From Candidatus Iainarchaeum sp. (GTDB lineage Archaea > Iainarchaeota > Iainarchaeia > Iainarchaeales > CSSED10-239), in assembly GCA_028700115.1 (NCBI GenBank), contig JAQVTI010000005.1, positions 22,166 to 54,165 of the forward strand: a stretch of 32,000 nucleotides of DNA. The letters run 5' to 3'. The position numbers and the translations under genes are program-made. The notes beneath the pieces were generated by a model, which had not been told where the DNA came from, did no database searches, and saw nothing but the letters and a program-made list of their open reading frames with translations. Shown one piece after another: positions 1-7,400 of this stretch; position 1 is the first letter of the stretch; every line of letters starts with the position of its first letter.

Positions 1-1887
1 TGACAAAATTTCACTAGTTTTATCTAAAATATTTTCTTTTTCTCTAATATATCTTAAAGCAGATTTATATGTTGTAAAAATAATCCTGACAACACCATCT
101 TGAACTGAATTTCTTTTAATAATCTTAAAAACACCAACTTTAGATGTATTATTTAAATGAAGACCAGCACAAGCTTGAACATCAATACCTAAAATTTCAA
201 TAATTCTAAGAGAATTCCCTGGAATTGCACCACCTTGATATAATCTAAATCCATATTTTTTTTCAGCTAGATCTTTATCTAATGTAAAAATATTTATATC
301 AATTGAATCAAATATCCAATTATTAACTAATTCTTCAATTTGTATAATTTCACTATCTGTGATAGCTTTATAATGAGTAATATCTAAATGTGCTTGGTTT
401 ATATCTTTATAAGCCCCAGCTTGCCAAATATGATTTCCTAAAATTTGTTTACAAGCTGCATTTAATAAATGAGTCCCAGTATGTTGAGATCTAAGTTGCC
501 TTTGTCTATCTACATCTACTAAAAGAACTACTGCTTGTCCAACATTTAATGTTTTTTGAAAATTATCTAAAATATGTAAAATCTTACCTTCAAAATTATA
601 AACTTCTAAAACATCAAAAGACCCATTAATAGTCCCTTTATCAAAAGACTGCCCTCCTCCTTCTGGATAAAAAACAGTTTGATCTAAAATAACCAAATTT
701 TTAGATGCATATATGATTTTTGAAACACATTCTGTTTTATCTTCATAATATATTTTTTTTGTATTTGAAAGCATTTTAATAATTTCTACATTTTCTTTTT
801 CTAAAAGTTTTTCAATTTTATTATTTTCTTTTATTTTTTCAGTTTCATTACTTTGAGATATTAATTCAAAATAATTAGATGGTATTTTAATTTCTTTTTT
901 TAATTTTAAAGAAGTTTGAATTATTTGTTCTTTAGTTATTCCATCACTTTTATAAAACATAACCATATCTTTTAAAGAAATATCTTTTCCTGAAGAAAAA
1001 AATAATTCTAATTTTTGTTTTGCTTTTATTTGATTTTCTAAATATTTTTTTCGTTCTTCTTCTAAAATATCACATGCTGATTTATATCCTTTAATAATTG
1101 TAGGATCAAATTCTTTTAAAGAATCTATATGAATTTTAAAAATCTGATTTAAATCTAAATCAAAAGAATATTTTCTTTGCATATCAAATATCCTTCTAGC
1201 TAAAATTCTAAGATTATATCCCCCTCCAGAATTACTTGGTAAAAGTCCATCTGTACAAGTATATAAAAGTGTTTTAGTATGATCTGCAATTGCATATAAT
1301 GCAAAAATAGGATCTAAAATTTCAAATAATTCTTTTTTTGAATATCCTAAATTTTCTGCAATTTTTTCTTGTTCTTTTTCTAAATTTTTTACTTCATCTA
1401 TATTTAATTTAGATGAATCTTTATAAAAAGCTAAAAGTAATTTTTTATCAAAATTAATTTTTGTTTTCTTTTTTAAATAATCTAATACTTCTTTAAAAGT
1501 AATATCATAACTAGTAGGAGTTCCATTTGTATACCAAACAAGTCTTTCATAACCTGCACCCATATCTATAACAGGTCTTTCTAATTTTTTATGAGTTCCA
1601 TTTTTTAAATCTTGAAACTCCATAAAAACACAGTTTCCTAATTCCACTCCATTTGCAAAATATTCCATTGAAGGCCCAAAATAACCTCCACCTTCCCAAA
1701 CATCTTCTTTAAAGATTAAGTCTTTTTCTTTAACTCCAATAACTTTAGTTAAATATTCAAAATCAAGACTAATTGCTTCTTCTTTAAAATATGGTTTTTT
1801 TGGATCTGTATTAAATGCATGTTGCCCAAACATAACAAATGTTGTATAATGTGTTCCAGTAACTCCTACATTTGAAACATCTCCAAA
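1..1887 (-). CDS. alaS: Alanyl-tRNA synthetase (archaeal type), portion downstream of an in-frame TGA; 3' end runs off the window
   Basis: I hand-translated the minus strand in the frame that continues from the TGA at 1888-1890. It stays open for all 629 codons down to position 1, with no stop seen. It contains AlaRS hallmarks: FGDVSNVGVTGTHYTTFVMFGQHAF, WEGGGYFGPS, IADHTKTLL and LPSNSGGGYNLRILARR, plus the editing-domain motifs HTGTHLL and VQACAGLH. The first internal ATG after the TGA is at 1831-1833. The ORF track does not list this frame because it has no stop inside the window. Confidence 0.85.
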
Positions 1888-2316
1888 TCAAATAGAAGTC
1901 TGTGGGACAATTAAAGGATCTGCTGGAGGTTTAACTTCTCCATTTACAACATATGGTTGAAAATCTATAATTGAGGCATTTGTAAAATACAAATCACTTC
2001 TCCATCTAGGTATAACTGGATATCTTGGAATTGAAGTATGTCCATTTTTTTCAAAGAACTTTTCTATTTTTTTCCAACATTCAGTATAACTATATTCTTT
2101 TGTTTTTTTACCTAAAAAAGAAACACCCATACAAGAAGAATCAGAACAAATTTCTTTAGAAGAATCAAGTGTCCAAAATGGATCTCCACAATTTTTACAA
2201 ATTTTTCTTTCATATCCTAATTTAGTAAGAGCCTTAACTTGATAATGTTCCTTCCAGTTTTTTTCAAACATAGGTCTAACTTGCTTTTTAAGTAAAGTTT
2301 CTGCCATAATTTCCAC
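1888..2316 (-). CDS. alaS: Alanyl-tRNA synthetase N-terminal fragment (142 codons) ending at an in-frame TGA
   Basis: The ORF-track product contains MFEKNWKEHY..CKNCGDPFWT, a C-x2-C N-terminal element I associate with archaeal AlaRS. It also contains RYPVIPRWRSDLYFTNASIIDFQPY. The ORF-track start at 2316 is GTG; the ATG at 2305-2307 is the likelier start. The same frame continues past the TGA (see 1-1887), so the two pieces form one interrupted gene. Confidence 0.85.
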   Translation of the reverse strand: MEIMAETLLKKQVRPMFEKNWKEHYQVKALTKLGYERKICKNCGDPFWTLDSSKEICSDSSCMGVSFLGKKTKEYSYTECWKKIEKFFEKNGHTSIPRYPVIPRWRSDLYFTNASIIDFQPYVVNGEVKPPADPLIVPQTSI

Positions 2317-2452
2317 ATTTATAAATATATAAATATATTTTAAAATATATAATATATATAAAGAAGTATTTGTTTTTAAACTTTATTAATTTATAAAAAA
2401 ATAAAAATAAATATAAAAATAGAAATATTAAAAAATATAAATTTTAAAAAAA

Positions 2453-3766
2453 TTAAAGTTTAGATTTTAAAAAAGAAATAGCTTCTTTTACACTATATTC
2501 TTTTTCATCTCCAGAAACCATATCTTTAATTTTTATAACATTCTTATTAATTTCGTCTTCTCCAATTATACCTACATAAGATATATTTAATTTATTAGCA
2601 TAATCTAAATTTTTACCAATAGATTTTCTAGATAATAAATCATAAGAAGTATTTATTCCATTTTCTCTAAATTCAAAAGCAAGTTTTGAGACTTCTTTTA
2701 AAAATTTATTTGAAATTGAACATATATAAAAATCAATAGTTGTAAGTTTGTTTAGACCTTCTTTTTGTTTAATAACTTCCATAATTGGTTCAAGTCCAAG
2801 ACTTGCCCCAACTGCTGGTAAATTCATATTATCATTACAAACATATTTACCAATCATCTCATCCCATCTTCCTCCACCAGAAAGTGAAGAAGACATAATC
2901 TTTTCATCATTATAAACAACTTCAAAGATAGGACCTGTATAATAAGATAAACCTCTTGCAAGAGATGGTAAAAATTTATAAGAAATATTTAAATTATCTA
3001 AATATGAAAATAGTTCTTTAAGTTCTAAAATGCCTTCAGTTTGTCCAAGTTTTTCTTCAATTTTATTTAAAATTTCTAAATTGTTTCCTTCTTGACAAAT
3101 TATTTCAAATATATTATCAATTGTTTCTTCTAAAATATCTTTTTCTAGAAGTTCTTTTTTAACTCCAACTTGTCTAATCTTTTTTAGTTTATCTAAACTA
3201 ATAATAACTGTACTTTGTTTATCTTTAGGTATTTTTACAAAATCTAAAATTTTAGATAAAAGCTTTCTATTATTAATCTCAATAGTTACATCTAAATCTA
3301 ATTTTTTAAAAGCATAAGCAATAACAGAAATAATCTCACAATCTGCAATCATTTCCTTTGCTCCAACAATATCTATATCACATTGATAAAATTCTCTATA
3401 TCTTCCTTTCTTAATAGGTCCATCTCTAAAAACAGAACCTATTTGATATCTTTTAAAAGGTAATTTAGTTTGTGGGTTTTGAGCCATAAATCTTGCAAGT
3501 GCAAAAGTAAATTCATATCTTAAACCTAACTCTCTTTTTCCTTGATCTTTAAAAGAATATAATTCACCAACGATGTCTGAATCTTCTCCTGCTCCAAACT
3601 TTGCAGTTAAAACTTCTTTTCTTTCGATTATAGGAGTTTCTAATGGTGAAAAACCATAAATTTCAAAAGCTTTTTTAATTATAGAAATAACTTTATCTCT
3701 TAAAATTTTTTCTTCAGGAGAAAAATCTCTAAATCCTTTTGGAAGTGAAATATCTATTTTTTTCAT
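2453..3766 (-). CDS. hisS: Histidyl-tRNA synthetase (class II)
   Basis: HisRS motifs are present: PKGFRDF near the N-terminus, FRDGPIKKGRYREFYQCDIDIVG (motif 2-like) and LSGGGRWDEMIGKY (motif 3-like). The C-terminal region looks like an anticodon-binding domain. The ORF-track start at 3775 is GTG; I prefer the ATG at 3764-3766 (MKKIDISLPKGFRDF). The stop is TAA. Confidence 0.9.
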   Translation of the reverse strand: MKKIDISLPKGFRDFSPEEKILRDKVISIIKKAFEIYGFSPLETPIIERKEVLTAKFGAGEDSDIVGELYSFKDQGKRELGLRYEFTFALARFMAQNPQTKLPFKRYQIGSVFRDGPIKKGRYREFYQCDIDIVGAKEMIADCEIISVIAYAFKKLDLDVTIEINNRKLLSKILDFVKIPKDKQSTVIISLDKLKKIRQVGVKKELLEKDILEETIDNIFEIICQEGNNLEILNKIEEKLGQTEGILELKELFSYLDNLNISYKFLPSLARGLSYYTGPIFEVVYNDEKIMSSSLSGGGRWDEMIGKYVCNDNMNLPAVGASLGLEPIMEVIKQKEGLNKLTTIDFYICSISNKFLKEVSKLAFEFRENGINTSYDLLSRKSIGKNLDYANKLNISYVGIIGEDEINKNVIKIKDMVSGDEKEYSVKEAISFLKSKL

Positions 3767-3900
3767 AAAAGCCACAATTTTTTTAAATATTATTTATATT
3801 TAATTATAAGTACCAACAAATATATAAATTGTTTTAAGATACTAAATAAATAATTTAAAAAAAATTAAAAGAATATTACTATATTTATATTAAAAAATTA

Positions 3901-3948
3901 TTTTTAAAAAGAAAAAGAAAAAACTTTTTAATTAAAAATTAAAAAGTT
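3901..3948 (-). terminator. Hairpin plus U-tract, candidate terminator of the HU gene
   Basis: A perfect 12-bp inverted repeat (3922-3933 aactttttaatt / 3937-3948 aattaaaaagtt) has a 3-nt loop. It starts 34 nt after the HU stop. On the minus strand it is followed by TTTTTTCTTTTTCTTTTT. The stem has only one G-C pair, so the structure is weak. The T-tract alone could serve as an archaeal termination signal. Confidence 0.4.
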
Positions 3949-3982
3949 AAAATTATTTGAAAAGAAATTAATATATAAAAAT

Positions 3983-4252
3983 CTATAAACTACTTTTGAA
4001 ATCTTTTCCAACTTTAAAAGTAACTGTCTTAGAAGCTTTGATTTTCATTTCTTTTCCTGTTTGTGGATTTCTTCCCATTCTTGCAGCTCTTTTTTTAACA
4101 TTGAAAGTTCCAAATCCAATTAATTGTAATTTTCCATGTTTCTTGATTATCTTTTTCATTACATCCATTTCCATGTTCAAAAGTCTTTCAAGTTCTGCTT
4201 TAGAATAATCAGAATTTTTTGCCATTTCTTCAATTAACATTTTTTTATTCAT
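3983..4252 (-). CDS. hup: HU-type (bacterial histone-like, DNABII) DNA-binding protein
   Basis: The 89-aa product aligns end to end by eye with HU. It has MNKKMLIEEMA at the N-terminus and the beta-arm signature GFGTFNVKKRAARMGRNPQTGKEMKIKASKTVTFKVGKDFK (compare HU GFGTFEVRERAAR.GRNPQTGEEI.I.A.KVP.FK.GK.LK). A GGGGG Shine-Dalgarno-like run lies 11 nt upstream of the ATG. The stop is TAG. Confidence 0.9.
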   Translation of the reverse strand: MNKKMLIEEMAKNSDYSKAELERLLNMEMDVMKKIIKKHGKLQLIGFGTFNVKKRAARMGRNPQTGKEMKIKASKTVTFKVGKDFKSSL

Positions 4253-4400
4253 ATTTTCTCAAACCCCCGTTATCTATTAAGATAACATTAATTATATTTA
4301 ATTTTATACATCTAAAGCTTTTTAAACCTTTGTTAAAAATATACTAAATTTCATATTAAAAACCTTATTTATAAGGGTTTAAAGACCAATTATAAAATAT

Positions 4401-7400
4401 TTATTTTATTCTAATTTCATATCCATAAGTAAAAATATTTTTATCAATTAAATCTATAAAATCAGAATAATCAAAATTAATTATAAAAAATCTATCATTA
4501 ACTTTTTCATATTCTAATTTTTTAATAAACTTATTATTAATATATAATGTAGGTATAAAAATTAGATTTTTCTGAGGATTATATACCCCAAATATATTAA
4601 AAGGCCCATCATTTTCATTATACAAAACATATCCAGAAACTTCATCAAAGTATATAGAATATTTTTTCCATTGATCAGCTCTATTTCTTATATAATTACT
4701 TAGAGGATATTTATCAATCCAATAATGTTTTTCTAAAATAAAGGAATAATTTTTATTATCTTCTAAATTTGGATTTAATCTAATTTGATTTAAGATATCT
4801 TCATAAAGCCAGAAATTTCTATAATTATTATTTTCAGGTTCTTTATAAGGATATATCTTGTTATAAGGATATGAGCTAGTAAATTTAATTTTACTAAAAT
4901 TATATGAATAATTTAAGATAACATCCTTACCTCTATCATTTTCAAAATAAATATAATTAATATTAGTTTGTTCACCATCTTTATTTAATAAATTTCTAGT
5001 AAATATAGTTCCAATTTTTGGAAAATACATAATTTTTAAATCACTAATATCTACAGAACTTCTAAATATTTTTTTACTTAATAAATTATTTTTTTCTAAA
5101 GGATCTAAAAACACATAAAATCCTTCATCATCTGAATAATATGCATACAAACCATATTCTAATATATTATCTTTAGAAACACTAATTAAATTTGATTGAT
5201 TTATATTTGAATTAAGAGGTCTAAAAGAAATACTAGGATCTCCAAGTAAAAAAATAGACTCTAACCCATTTTGTTTATTTTCTTCAGAATTAATATATGC
5301 ATTTTGTGTAAGTCTTAAAAGATTTGATAATTTATTATTATAAATATTTATAGGAAACATATCATAATTAATATGAAGTGAATTATAACTTGCAAGATAA
5401 TTAGATGCACCTCTATCTAAAAACTCTCTTCCTAAATAAACTCCAGTTAGACAACTTTGTGCAAAGATAACAGGTCTATTTTCTAGATATGAATCAATAT
5501 AATCTATTGTAAATAAATCTTTTGTAACTCCAAAAGAATCAGTAATTGCAAATAAATTTGGCCCTCCATGAGATATAAAATAAATTTGATCCATATTATA
5601 AAAATCACTAACTAATTCATCCTTTGAAGGTGAAACTTTAAAAGGATAATAAGATTTTTCTAAAAAGTTTTCACTTTCTGCAATACTGTTTTTAAATAAT
5701 GGAATTTCATCAAATATTTCTGTATTAAATGTATGCACATTATTTAATTTATAATCACCTAAATCTAATTTAAAATCAAAACCAATAGAGTGTAATTTAT
5801 TAATAAATCTATCAACATTAATAATATAAGATTCTGAATCAGGATATAGAATGTGTGTGTATTTTTTTAATAATTCATTTTTATCTTTATATCTTCCATA
5901 ATCAAAATCTAAATTTTTATAATAATATTTTAAATAATCATTAATTTCTTCAAAAGTTAATCTTCCAACATTTAATTCAACATCTTTATCATCATCAACA
6001 TTTCCATAATAAAGATTATCTAAAACAAAAGGAAAATCTGTTAATGATTTAAAATTATTATAAATTTCCATATGAACATCACTTGCTAAATTACCAAACA
6101 AAACATCTGTTTTTACTGGAATTGCATCATAATCTCCTAAAAGTAATAAATAATCAAAAGCTTCTGTAATATGTTCTAACTTTACATTTGTTTTAATTTC
6201 TTTAATTGCTTTAGAATAATCAATATCTGCATATGAATTTTCAAAATTATCAACAATATTATAATCTAAATCTAATTTAGGTAATTTAACTTCTTCAAAA
6301 TTAAAATAATAAGTTCTTTCTTTATCTTTAAATGAATAAACATTTTCTTTTAAAATTGCATAATATGAATCTCCTCTTTTTTCTACAGAATCCACATATG
6401 CAGTTACATTTAATCCATCTCTACTATAAGAGTTATCTAAATTATGAATATTTACATTAAAATGAATCTCTTTATTATATTTTTTTAAATCATTTAAAAC
6501 AGATAAATCTGTCATTTTACGTTTAAAATTATATTTTTCAACATCATTTAAACTTGTAAGATCTAAATCTTCAAAATAAATATCTGAAATTGTAATAAAA
6601 TTAAAATCATTTGAAGTTAAATAGTTTACATTCTCATCAATAAAGCTACCTTCAATTAATTTTGCATGATTTAAAATATAATCATTAAAGTCTTCAGGAG
6701 TAAGATAATTATAATTAAATACATAGTTTAAATTATCTAAACCATCTATTTTAAAATTATACATATTATTTGCATAATTGTAAGAAATATCCCCAGATTT
6801 ATTCTCATTTGGAATTGCACTAAAATTAATTTCCCCAGAATCTTTAAAAATTAATTTTCTTATTTCAGTCCAGTCGTCTTTATCAAAATCATAATAATAA
6901 TCATCAAAATATTCTGTTTTTCCATAACTTTCTCTTATAGGAAAACCAACCTCTAAACCATCATAAGTACACCCATATGTTTTCATAAAAGCTCCAAATC
7001 TATCTACATATAAACCAGTAAATGGAACTTTAAAACACATATAAGGTTTACCAAAAATAAAATTAACTACATTCTCATTAGATGCTTCGATTTTTTTATT
7101 TTCACTAATTGGCAAATTATTATTTTGTGAAATTAAAAAATCATTATACCATATTTTATTTTTAATATCAAAAACAATTTGATCATCTTTATTTAATGCA
7201 GCTCCTAAATTCACATCCACAATATTTTTATAATCTATAACAGAAGAACTTGAATTATAATCAAATAAAGAAACAAAAGGTGTTTCTAAATAAATATCTC
7301 CACCTATAAATAAATTTTTAAAATCATAACCATTTTGTAAATCAAAATCAAAATAATTATATACATTATAAAAATTATTTAATTTATCACAATAATTATA

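Noticed and set aside
1888-1890. A genome-wide alternative genetic code (TGA as Trp or Gly) or selenocysteine as the explanation for the alaS TGA
   Set aside because: No other TGA occurs inside any gene in the window, including 8,855 codons of giant ORFs. An AT-rich genome with a TGA sense codon would use it often. Two genes terminate plausibly on TGA. The aligned residue is Arg, not Cys, Trp or Gly, and I noticed no SECIS-like structure.
2333-2350. An 18-bp perfect AT-only palindrome (atatattttaaaatatat) in the hisS-alaS intergenic region
   Set aside because: It consists of pure A/T in a region that is nearly 100% A/T and full of TATA-like strings. I cannot distinguish it from chance or from generic promoter sequence.
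3996-4208. 70-aa plus-strand ORF from the ORF track
   Set aside because: It lies entirely antisense to the well-supported HU gene. Its product is low-complexity and hydrophobic with no motif. It is a typical shadow ORF.
4269-4286. A 7-bp stem with a 4-nt loop (gttatct atta agataac) just upstream of the HU Shine-Dalgarno site
   Set aside because: The stem is short and expected by chance many times in this window. There is no supporting second copy or conserved context.
2317-4400. Possible tRNA or other structured ncRNA in the intergenic gaps (2317-2452, 3776-3982, 4253-4400)
   Set aside because: These gaps are almost pure A/T, with no G/C-containing stems that could form a cloverleaf or other stable fold. 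They are more simply explained as promoter and terminator sequence.
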